A stretch of 45,949 nucleotides of DNA, counting the filler, from Jimgerdemannia flammicorona (taxonomy: Eukaryota): NCBI GenBank assembly GCA_003990765.1. It is 2 parts of 2 records of this genome, joined end to end, with 100 filler letters (N's around TTAATTAATTAA, not from the genome) between each part and the next. Parts side by side here need not be neighbours in the genome. Positions count along the whole stretch, not along the records: positions 1 to 22,928 come from RBNJ01001184.1; 1 more part is not named here. The stretch is one strand, 5' to 3'. Made by a program: the position numbers and the translations under genes. Shown piece by piece: positions 1 through 11,599 of the stretch (within the stretch, counting starts at the first letter, position 1; each line of letters opens with the position of its first letter). Below the pieces are notes generated by a model that saw only the letters and a program-made list of their open reading frames with translations, was not told the origin of the DNA and ran no database searches.

Positions 1-1200
1 TTTTTTGTTTAACAGACTCAATGTCTCATGGATTTTTATTAGAAAGGAACCTAGACTATATAGGCCAAAACCCTCCCTCACCATCTATTAAGCACTACTC
101 TCCTATTAACTTAGGCTAGCTATTATCTAGTAGTTTGACCATATCAGGTGCAATAGGGCCAATCTGGCCCATATCTCATTCTGCACACCATGCTCTTCCT
201 ACCACCAGGGGGAACCCAGTTATATGCCAATGACTGAAAATGTATGCCTGAGACCCCAATATATATATAAGGCCATACTTGAGCCAAATAGAATAGCTCC
301 TGCCACTCTAAGAAGAATGATAGGTAAAGAAAAACTCTCATCAAAGTACATCACAGTGGGTAGGGTCTGGTTCTCTCAGTCAAGGTGAGTAAAAGACTTA
401 CACATGAGGTAGGAGGAGACCCCCAATATCCTACTACTCAAGCTTACAGGCCTTGATCATGTTGCCATATCAGCTCCTAGTTCTAGTTAAGTATAGCCAA
501 GATGCCTAAAATGGATAGCCTTGGGTCCCCCAATCCCCTCCAATGACCAGGGTCTAATCCACCAAGTTGCCAAAAGAAGCCAAGAGTAATACCTACTATC
601 TAATTGCTCTGCACCAATCAAAAGACTTTACTGAAGCAGCACCCACCCCAGCCCCAATGACTGCCCCCAGTCTAACATTCTACTGGTTCACTATAATTAC
701 TCTTCCTCCTATCTATGATGGCCATCTCCCCTCCCATCCTGACATCATCTGAAAAATAGTCACTTATACCAGAACTGTGCTCACCAGAAAGCTTGCTAAA
801 GCCAGAGGGCCCTACCACAGATACTAAAGACCTGCAGGTAACCTATACTGAGCACTTGATGCCCAAGGTCAGCTGACTCTCTATGTAACCCATGATGCAC
901 TGAGACAGTATCTCATTGGTGATAGTAAAAGAAAGAAAGTGCTATACCAAAATAGATATACTCCAGATATAGCTGAAAGTATCAGAAATCATAAAAAAGT
1001 GGAGAAGATACTGATCAGACATCAATAAAGGGACAACTCATCACTATTATCTTCCCCCCACTGCCCTGCAATAGGTACAGCAAACCAATCCAAGGTAGAG
1101 AGGGTAATAGTAGTAGAAAGTGGACTTGGAAGATTGCCTACCAAATCATTGTAACTGGTAAGGTAGCAGAGAAAGGGGCATATATTGTTCTTCATATATT
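1..1200 (-). mobile_element. Probable 3' remnant of a degenerate non-LTR retrotransposon (poly-A end at the window start)
   Basis: Window opens with a T-run. The minus strand reads AATAAA...AGACattgaGTCT...AAACAAAAAA. It is G-rich and CpG-free on the minus strand, like the two LINEs downstream. No diagnostic protein motif was recovered and the left-right extent is approximate. Confidence 0.4.
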
Positions 1201-1433
1201 CTATCAAGTTATACTCCTTCAGGAGATTACTTATATAGAATATCTAAATAGTATAATGCTTACTATTAAAGATAAGAATTAACCTCTTGACTATATTTAT
1301 ATTTAGTATAAGAACTGTAATCATTATACTCATTCTGAGAGTATCTGTATCTGCTATAGCTAGTATACTTATACTGACTACTTAATTCAATATCTTTCTC
1401 CTGTATAATTCACATTACACAAAACTTCAAGCA

Positions 1434-3500
1434 ATGGTTTTCAACACAACTAGAAGAAAAGGTACTATTATTATAGCATCAAGCAAGAGTTCTGACAGGT
1501 GTACTGGGTTAGGGAGATCTGGGGCTTTCGGCTGGCAGAATGTGGGGAGGGGTTATGGCCTGGGGATAGGGGCCTTTGGAGGGTCAAAGAGTGGTAAGGG
1601 CTCTGGAGGAGGTCCAGTATTGGGTGGTAATGGGGGGAGGACTGGCCCCTCAAGCTTTGCAGACAAGGTGAAGGAAAGTGGATGGCCAGTTGGAGATAGG
1701 GCTGGTGCTACTGTGGGGAAGGACAAGGTGAGCCTTGGGAGGGGGGGAGGTCCTCAGGCTGGAGGTAGGAGCATAGAGTCTGGAGGTGTGGTGGCTGGGG
1801 GTGAGACTGCTGATGGAGGTATGATGGGGAATCAGAAAGAAAAAAGAGATGTGATGGCTGATGGTGGAGTGGGGCTGGAGCTACCAATTTGGAAGAGGGA
1901 CCTGGCTGATAGTGTGATGGGGCTGGTGGTGACACCATTACTCAAGAAGTCAGTTTCGGAGTTCATGGCTACCTTGTGCTTCTGGGGCTTAGTGGTGATG
2001 GCAAGGATGGTCCTGGAGCTTATCTTGCAGCAGGTGGCTGGGGCAGCCTCAGTGAAGTTTCTGAAGGGGCTGAAGGGGGTAGAGGTGGGCTTTGAGAAGG
2101 TAGGCTCACTGGATGAGGCAATGAAGACTGAAGTAGTGGTTGGTGAAGTGGTGATTCCTATGGTGTACTGCCTTAGGTGGGACCCCAGGATGGTACAGTT
2201 GCTAGTCAAAGGAGTACCTATGGTGATGAAGGTTGAGACTAGGAGGAGGGTTGAGGAGGTGGTGGCAGAGTATGGTGACATAGTGGATATCAGATTCTGG
2301 GTGTGGGAGGGGACAGCAATCAGGACAGGTGATGTGGATGTCAGGATTAGGCTGGCAGGGAAGGAGGCCACTAAAAAGACAAATGACTGGCCTTCAGTAC
2401 TGATGTGGGGGACTGTTGTCTGTAGGGTATCAAGGGTGAAGAGAAGTGAAGAGGAGGAGGAGGACTTGTTGGAAGCACTAGAGGAGTTGAGTAGTGCAGT
2501 GGAATGGAGGGCAAAGGCCTGGAAGCTCTTTAAGGAGATAACACATCTGGAGGTTGTGGAGGGGAAGTGGATCCACATGGACAAGAGGCAGTGGGAGTGG
2601 GCACAGGGGCACAGGAGGCAGAGGGAGCTTTTAGTGAGTATGAATGTGGAGATGAAGAAGAAGGCAGAGGGGGCTGAGGTGACTGGGGGCATCAAAGCTG
2701 GTATCTGGGCTAGTAAAGAAGAGGGAGAGGTGGAGGCAGGCAAGGAAGGAGCTGGGAAGGTACTGAGCAAGGACCCCTATACCAATGGTACTTTTGAGGT
2801 CTGGGAGCAAGAATTGGATGCCACTCCCCCCCCCTCTTATCAGAAGGGGCCTGGCTGTGAAGAGAAGGACAACAGAGGATATACTGATGAAGGGGGCCCA
2901 GTGAGTGTGATTTGGGGTCCTAGATGTGATGGAAGGGGGCCAGGGGTGACAGTTGGTGAGAATGAGCTGGCGGATGTCTCTGAGGAGGAGTGGGATAAGG
3001 CTGCCAGTATAGGTGCTGATACCACAATGTTGGATGCAGGACAGCCAGAGACTCCAGGTGGGAAGGAGGTGGGGAACTTGCTGTAGATGAGCAAGATGAT
3101 GGACAACCTTACAGCTGAGGCTTTGGGAGAAGTGGACCTGCGGACAATGCCTGATGAGCATTGAGTGCAGATGCTGTATAGAGATGGAGTAGTGGAAGCA
3201 CTGTGGGCAGAGATTCTTGCAATCTTCCTGGAGGAGGAGGGATATGAGGTTGATGAGATGAGGAAGGCAGAGCTGATGGTGGTTGCAGATGAGAGAGCAG
3301 CCTACTGTTGGGCTGAGCATCATGGTTTGCAGCTCTGGAGGAAGGCCTGTCTAGAGTATCATAAGGACTTTGAGAAGAGAGAAGATAGAGCAATGGTAGA
3401 ACTTCTGGAAGAGTTGAAGGCATGGAAAGCTGGGGAAAGGGAACTAGCTGCTGAACATGTCTTGGACTTGGTGCAGGAGGAGCAGAATGTGAACTTATAA
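1434..3500 (+). pseudogene. LINE-A ORF1 (RRM-like nucleic-acid-binding protein)
   Basis: 550-aa ORF 1434-3086 continues in the same frame through two stops into ORF 3165-3500. The segment VQLLVKGVP...YGDIVDIRFWVWEGTAIRTGDVDVRIRL...WPSVL resembles L1-clade ORF1 RRM and is homologous to LINE-B ORF1. Confidence 0.8.
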
Positions 3501-3531
3501 AGGATGGAATTGCTATTTAATATTATTTCTT

Positions 3532-6500
3532 ATGAACAGTATAACTAACATTTTCTCATTGAATGTGAATGGATTGAGGGGACCTGGGCAGTATAAGAAC
3601 ATTTTTACTTAGCTCAAGGGATTGGAGGCTGATCTCTTCTTACTATAGGATGTTCAATGTGAGGATGAGGATGATTGGGTGGAGTAGACTAGGGAATGGG
3701 GTAGGGCTACTGCTTGGTTTGGTAAGATGGCAATTCTGGTGAGGAAGGGTAGAGGAGACTTGGAGGGGATCAGAAGCTGGGGTAATCACTTGGTCTGGGG
3801 AGATTGGCAGTGGCCAGGGTGAGAGTCAGTGAGAGTTGGCTCCTGCTACTGCCCTGCAGTTAGGGGTAAGAGAATTGCATGGATTGAGGAGCTACTGGAG
3901 GAGGGTATTCTCTTGGAGGAAGGGGTCGATGTTCTCAGTGAGGATTTAAATATAGTTCGGGATCAGCATCTGGACAGAACTGATGGAGGGAGGAGTGCAG
4001 GGGGGAGAAGTGGAGGTCTGGATGCATGGGAGGAGGTGGAGAAGTTGAGTACCTTTGGGGATATGGGCAGAACATATTGGGACAATACCAGGGTCTACAC
4101 ATATTGAATAAATGGCTTAGATATAAGAATTGATTGGATTCTGATGGCAGAGTGTTGGGGTTCTGATGTTTGGAAGATATTGAAGGTGGTGTGGTGTCCA
4201 TAGTCTGATTACTGGGGACTGTTGGGGCAGGGGCAGTTTGGGGGGAGTGGAGATGGACCCAGACATTGGTGCCTTAACTCCTCTCTGCTGGCTGAGAAGG
4301 GGTTGTGGGACTCATAGGTAGAGGACATTCAGGCAAAGGTTCTTGTCTGAAGGCATGAGGGTTTGTCTGTGGATGTCCATTGGATAAGATTGAAAGAGGC
4401 AACAAGGGTCTATTGGGGGAGAGTGGGTAGAGATGCTGGGAGGCAGAGGAGGGAGCACATAAGGTGTGCTTCCAGCAGATTGAGGAGACTGCAAATAGAT
4501 TGGGCAGATTTGCTTACTGCTGATGGTGTGGAGGATTGGAGGATAGAGAGGGCTAAATTGGAGATAGTGAAACTATGACAGGTATTGAGAGAAGAGGAGA
4601 AGACTCATATGTGGGGAATGGCTGCTAGGCTACAGTGGCAGGGGCTTGAGGAGGATGAGTGGCCTACTAGGTACTTATTGAGACTCCTCAAAGCCAGGAG
4701 AGTATGACATCAGTGGAATGAGATCTTGGATGCTAATGGAGACATGGTGCATACCATATAATGAATTTTGGGGGTTTTAAAGGAGAGATGGTAGGGTTTG
4801 TGGAGTGAGGAGGAAGGGGGTGCTGATGGGGCAGCAATTGCTGATACACTAGGGGAGTGGGAGCCACCATGAGTAGCTGGACTGGGTGACTTGATCTTAC
4901 CAGTACAAGGAGAGGAGATTCAGAGTATCCTTGTGGCAACTAAGCTTGGAACAGTACCTGGGGAGGATGGGTTACTATGGGACTTCTGGAAGATGATGAT
5001 AAAGGTTCCTGGTGTTTTGAGTGAGATGACTGCTCTCTGTGACCATGTTCTTCAGAGTGGTGAGTGGGTTGAAGAGCAGGACCTTAGGCTGGTGGCCTTA
5101 TTGTACAAAGATAAGGGAAGGAGAGAAGACTGGAAGAACTGGAGGCTGATCATGCTTCTAGATATAGACAGGAAGATGGTGACTAAGGTAATTATTACAA
5201 GGCTGCAGAAAGTTGCCCAATAGATACTGGGGGAGGAGCAGCGGAGCTTTATTGGGGGCAGACTTATAAGAGATGGAACTGTATGGGTACATGGTATCAT
5301 TGAAGGGGCCTGGGCTTGCAGACTAGATGGAAGGTTGGTCTTTTTGGATCAGGAGAAGGTCTATGATTATGTACAGTGGGTCTGGCTGGGCAAGGTGTTG
5401 GATCAAATAGATGTTCTCCCAAGATTTCAGATATCTATGTTGAATCTACTAGAGAGCAGTCAGGCGGCATTGATGTGTAATGGCCACCAAGGTTTGACAT
5501 TCTCCTTGGGTAGAGGAGTTTCTCAGGGGAACTCTCTGTCCCCTATTCTCTATACCCTTTTGTTGGAGCTGTTGATGGATAGGATTCATAGGAAGGTGGC
5601 AGGGCTCTCTATTTATGGTATAGTGTGGAAGATAGGGACCTTTGTAAATGACATGGTGGTTGGACTTGGGTCTGTGGCAGATGTTGAGGCACTTAAGGAG
5701 ACAGTGGAATGGTATGAGGCTCACTTGAGGGTGAAGCTCAACTGGTATAAGTGTGAGACAATAGTGCTTGGTAATGGGCTAGTGGGTGGGGATATCATTG
5801 GAACAATTGTCCCTACTGGTGTGGCAGTGTAGTATCTGGGCATCTTTCTTTCTGTGTATGGTTCTGTCTTACCACGAGTGTGGTGGGAGAACTGGGTGAC
5901 CATATGGGAGGCAGCCCTTTGAAGTTGGGGAGGCTGCCATATCTCTCTGACAGGACAGGTGACAATTCTGAATGTTTACTAATTCCCCAAGCTGTGGTAT
6001 GTGGCCTATCACCTTGATTTCTCAGCTTGGGTGATGAAGAGGCTGATGAAGATGGCTAGAGATTAGATCTGGGCAGGGAGGAGGTCTCAGATTGGTTGGG
6101 ATACTCTTGCAACACCAGTGGTCAGGGGAGGTCTGGGCCTTGTGGACTTCCCTAAGAGGCTGTACTGCTTGTGAGTCTGGTGGTTGAAGAGAGCTGCTGA
6201 ATTGCAGAGAGGGGGTTGGGTACTACTGCTGAGGAAGGTGTGGGAGATGAGGACCTCCCCTTGAGGGTCCTCTGGAGATCTGCTCTCTTTGATGGGGCTG
6301 AATAGAACTCAGCAGCTGCAGTTTAAGGGTTTTTGGTGGAGGGTGGTAGAGGGAGCACACCATATTGGCCAGCACTGACAAGGCAATGAGAGGGAGGTGG
6401 TTTGGAGGCCTGATATATGGTGATGAGATAGACTACTCCTGGGGGATACTCCACTTGATATATTTAATTTTGGAGATAGAGTAGAGTGTCAGCAGGGTCT

Positions 6501-7230
6501 TGGCCAGGATCTTTGGCCCAGTGGCTGGCAGGCAGCAGAGATCAGTGAGAAGTGGGACTGGGCAGGTATCTGATCTTGGAGTGCTGAGGTACAGAGGTGG
6601 CTTTCTTCCAAGTTCTGGGTGATATGGTGGTGAATGCTGCAGAGAAATGTTATGTTAAACTTTCATACTGGGCATCTGGTGGAGAGTGGTCATTATAATT
6701 GTGAGGAGTATTATAATGTAGAGCAAGCAGAGAGAATTGTACAGATGCCAGAACATTGGCTGGGAGAGTATGAGGTTTTGGAAGACTTTTGGGTAGAAAT
6801 AGGGAATAGATTAGGTGTGAGGCAGAGGCTGGCAGGTGTGGGAGGCTGCTGGGAGGACTTGAGGTCTCAGCTAGTAGGCAGGGTAGGGGATAGCTAGCTC
6901 ACTATAGGGTGGGTATTGGCAGTATAGGTAGAATTGGCAGGATATTGGCTTTTTGTATTTGAAGAGGGGTGATAGATGAGGCTGTGGAAGAAGATTTCCC
7001 AGTAGGAGGAGCTATTGGGAGATCTGTTGACTAGATAGTGGGTGGGTTGGAGTCCTCAAGGTGGGTGGTGTCACAGTTTGATGGCAAGGATCTATACATA
7101 GAGTGGAGGGAGGGTAGAGATTGTATTAGACAAAATGGTCTTTTATCAAGAAGGAATAAGGAGAGGGGGGCCCCCTAGGGGGATCAGATAGGAGGAGGGA
7201 TCACTGTATTTATATGGGATAGATGGGCAT
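3532..7230 (+). pseudogene. LINE-A ORF2 (endonuclease-reverse transcriptase), many stops
   Basis: Starts MNSITNIFSLNVNGLR (APE). RT motifs PGEDG, WRLIMLLDIDRK, DQEKVYD, GVSQGNSLSP and FVNDM (decayed FADD), then GGLGLVDF and a degenerate CCHC near 6700-6770. Confidence 0.93.
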
Positions 7231-9079
7231 AATAAAGGAAGAAAGTCCAAGTGACTATAAAAAAAAAAAAAAAAAAAAAAGAATAGACTTAATCTCAGAT
7301 TAACTGAACAATATAGACATCCTTATTAGAAACTTTAACAAGCTTATACATACACAAGCCTAGTTCCCCACAGAAGCTCCATCAGTCTCCCTCATTGAAC
7401 TACTACTAGGACTAGCAACTATAGAACTAGAAGGATCAAAAATAGCTCCTTCAAGATTATTAAGACTCATTGTATCTCATCTGAGATCAGCAATACTATC
7501 CTCAGGATATCCAAGCATCCCAAGTATCAGTAACAATTCAGAATTAGAATCAGAATCAGAATTAAAACCAGAAGACAGTAATGATGAAATAACTACTCTA
7601 ATACCAACTTTTGCTGAATATTTGAAGGAAGATCCAAGAGATTTTCTTAATAGAATTGAAGAAATTGCAGCTCTGAAGAACCTCTCTACTGAAAGAAAAA
7701 TTGTCATTTACAAGACCCAACTTAGAGACCAGCCAGGGGAATTTTCAACTAAGTAAGAAATGATGTATATTTAGATCTTAGAATAGCCATCTATGTAGTA
7801 GCAAAATATGAAGCCATGATGCACTAGCTTATTGAGAAGTATGCAGGAAATGAAACCCACTATAAGATCTAATAATCTATTATAGGAATGAAGACAAATT
7901 TAGAAAATTACCCAGGATATTCTTTACTAGAATTTAGAAAAGAATACATATAACTGAGTTCAGTGCTACCAACTAAGATATCATAGGACCAATGATCTTT
8001 ATGAATGGGATTTCTCTGAACATTATCCAGTATATCTGTACTCTAGATATCAGAAGACCTAAAGAACAAGTAGATGTAGTCTATGGATTTTTCAATGTTA
8101 AATAAGGAACTACCTGGAGCAATCATGATAAGAAAGATCCTCTTGATCAAAACCCTGTAAGCACTCCTTCAAGAATAAGGAAAATCAGAAGAAAGAAAGC
8201 CAGCTAAGGAGTAGAAAAAAGAGAGAAACAAAATCTAAGATCTCAATTCTAAGTTAGACTGATTTATTGGCCAAATTGAAAACTTATCACATGTAAAAAT
8301 CAGAGCTATTAGTAAGACAACAGAGGGTATACACTATGAGAGAACCATGCTTATCTACCCAGAGATAACTGGAGCTACCAACTATAAGAAAAAAAGAAGA
8401 TATCTTATCTGAGATAGAGCTCAAGTTCAATGCTTCTACTATAGACAGTTCAGATACTATACTACAGAATATAATAATAGAAAAAGTGAACAAAGAGACT
8501 CTGAACTATCAAATTGAAAGAATAAACTCAGTATAAAAAGACTGAGGTCTATTCTGTCAAAGACTTTGAAGAAGAAAGTAATAGTGAATATTGTAGTAAC
8601 CTAGACCTATATAAGGTCATCACTAGAAAGATAGTCTACTTAGTAGAGAAAAAAAAAAGATCTGTAAGAAGACTATTTAGAAATACTAGTAGAAGAATTA
8701 TCTAGAAAGAAGATAAAGAGTGTGAAGAAGAATAAGTGGAAATATCTCTCTAGTCTCTCTTATCTTTTATTTCTAAAACTAATAAACTATCTTCAGAGAA
8801 TAAAAAAAATGAAGCAAAAAGAATGAGAGCCTATTGCCCTGAAGTCCAAGAAGAAGTATACCCTGAAGACTATATCTAGAGATATCTATAATGAAGCCTT
8901 ACAAAAGATTCAAGAAGCTAAGATAGAAGTTTCTCTCTTATAGTTTCTACAACTGATACTCACTAGAGTTCAAAATAAATTATTGAGAACCACCAGATCT
9001 AGTACTGGCTGAGTCTCAATTCTACAACAAGAATTAGCCCCAACTACTATTTAGATTATAAAAAGACATATCTGCATAT

Positions 9080-9420
9080 ATCTGTATAGAGATATCAGAG
9101 AACAAAAGACAAAAATCCTCATTGATATAGGATCAGCTGTCTGTATTATTGCTAAATGATTCTTAGATACCCTTTAATGGCTGATTGATAGACTATCTAA
9201 CCTCAGTATTATAGTAGCAGATAGAGCCTGAACTCAACTCCTTAGAGAAGTATAAAACATCACTCTCTCTCTAAGATATATTCAGTTTTCTATCTCAAAA
9301 GCTATTGTCACTAAAGTTATCACCTATGATATGATTCTTGATATCAACTAGATAAAGGAATTGAATGCTATCATTGATATTGGCCAACAGGTGCTCAAAT
9401 TCGACTATAGAGAAAAGAAG
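9080..9420 (+). pseudogene. Gypsy-1 aspartic protease
   Basis: KILIDIGSAVCIIAK (DTG decayed to DIG) and DMILDIN* (decayed ILGxxW). Confidence 0.85.
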
Positions 9421-10644
9421 TACAGGATCAAGATGACTAACTAACCAGTAGTAAGAAATCTACTATAGAAGAAAAAAAAGAATTAGAAGATGGAAATGAT
9501 CCCAGACTCAACCTAGTGGATAATAGGCCAGAAGATAATATATAGACTAAAGATACTATCTCCATCACAATCAGAACCATTGCAGAACAAATCAAAGAAT
9601 ACCCTATCTATCTCAAAAGATATAAGTACTCTGAACACTCTTTCAAGATTATTGAAATAAGGAATTTATTTGATATAGCTTATCTTGAGTATAGAAAATA
9701 AAAGAAGAAACACCAACATACTTCAAAAATATCTATAGCTGAAGCTGTAGAAGTACAAGCAATTTGGGGTTAAGAAATATCTAAAGAAGAAGCCTCTGAA
9801 TAAGAAGTTCCTGAACAGAAAGAGCTCTTCAAACTTATTCTCTGTGATGATTCTTACTGGATACTACCAGAAGATGATGATCTCTGAAATATTGAAGAAG
9901 AACTAAGTATAGTCATATTGTCCAAAGATAAGAAATATACCAGAAGAGAGCCTTTTGACTAAGAAGATATCAGTACCAAATGATTTTCCACTCTTTCTGA
10001 AACTACTGCTATCAGTGTCACCTATTGGACTAATAAGAAAGACAGAGACCCTGTAGATCTAAAGCCTCAATTATAATTACTCCTTTCAAGAAACCACTAC
10101 AATGTTAAAAAAGTAAGCCAATAGATAAGGCCACTTCACTTGAACAGAGATATAGCCCTTAGCTACTCTTTTTCCAACTTATAATGAGAATGGATACTGA
10201 TTTTCAAGATATTAAGTAATTAATAACTGAGAACTATATTATTGAGCAATGGAATATTACAACTATAGAAAACACCCAGACTGCTGAGATTGCTAACATC
10301 AGAAGATTTATCTCAGCTAAGATATTATTATTCATATATTAATAAGAGGAGATAATAGAACTCAGATCTAAAGAAATCAGGCTAAGAAATTAAAAAAGAA
10401 GACTCTTAAGATTTATAATCTAGGAGAAGATATCCTAGCTCTCATCAGATATATAACCTATCAAGGATAAATAGAGGATGTCATCAACTTCATGGAAGCC
10501 CTAGACTCTACAGGAAAAAGAGGAATCAATTATCTCTGAGATCTCTCTATTGAAGCCAGATGACTGTATCTTAACCTTAAAGCTTAAAGACTTACTCCCA
10601 ATAGAGCCTTAGTCCAAGAATAATCTGAACTCAGTAAAGATGTT

Positions 10645-11052
10645 ATCCAGTATATCTTACTACATCTCAAGGCCAAACCCTCAACTAAAGCTCATCAGAA
10701 AGATATGAGGTATGACCACTATAGTCTAGAGGATAAACCTATTAAATCTGGAATAATAATGATATTTAGAATAAGACTAACCATACAGCTATCTAAAGGA
10801 ATTTATATCTAGCTAACCCCAAGGTCTGGACTTGCCAGACAAGAAATAACTATAGAAGGAGAAACTATAGACTCAGAATATACAGATAAAATCAAGGTTA
10901 TCTTAAATAATAGTAATACAGAATAGTACTGAATCTATAGTGGATAGAAGATTATATAAGAAATCATCATAGAGGTTAAGACTCCCCAGCTACAAGAGGT
11001 CTCCAAACTGACTAAAGAAATAAGATAAACTGAAAGATTTAGAAGCTCAGAT
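10645..11052 (+). pseudogene. dut: Retroelement-encoded trimeric dUTPase domain
   Basis: Decayed dUTPase motifs in order: DMRYDHYS (DAGYDLYS), LTPRSGLA, EGETIDSEYTDKIKVIL (GGxIDxxYxGEIKVIL) and R*TERFRSS (RGxxGFGSS). Confidence 0.9.
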
Positions 11053-11599
11053 AAGAAGGAAGTATACCTTCTTCAAGTTAACCACTTCAAGAAGAATGCT
11101 CTTCAGTAAGTATATTGCCAATTAATCAAGCTATACAAGAACCTCATCTTGGAACCAGGAGAGCAAACTATCTTTAAAATCTTTGTTCCACCTGACTCAA
11201 GAAACCTCTTCTTTGAACTCAATAAAGATATCAAAAATCTAAATATTAAAAGATAATGAGATAAATTCTGTATACTCTTAAACAATTAACAAAAGCTGAA
11301 AAAGTATTATTCTGCTGAAAGAAATCATTATAGGATATCTAGTGCTCTATCTTAACTAAACTCACAGAGAAGTTTATGAGTTAAACTCATTGGAAAATGG
11401 CAAAAAGTTCCAGAAGAAAGGAAAGGCCTCTCTGTGACTCAAGAGAAAGTAAAGTCTTCTATCAATATTGGAGAATAATTGACACCTCAACAATAGCAAT
11501 AACTAGTAGAACTTCTTTATAAATATTAAGATATCTTTACTACTAACTATGATAATCTACCATACAATCCATAGAAAATACAATGTCTATCTAACAAAA

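Larger units (their letters stand above)
1300..7280 (+). mobile_element. LINE-A: full-length degenerate L1/Tx1-like non-LTR retrotransposon
   Basis: ORF1 followed by ORF2 (APE endonuclease, RT, C-terminal Zn finger), AATAAA at 7231 and poly-A at 7259-7280. The 5' boundary is approximate. Confidence 0.93.

Noticed and set aside
1195..1300. Missing 5' part of Gypsy-1 or a LINE-A TSD
   Set aside because: No convincing match to the LTR, PBS or the sequence after 7280.
1471..5903. Many minus-strand ORFs over LINE-A (e.g. 312 aa at 1832-2770) and similar ones over LINE-B
   Set aside because: S/P/T/L-rich antisense shadows of the G-rich coding strand, with no independent motifs.
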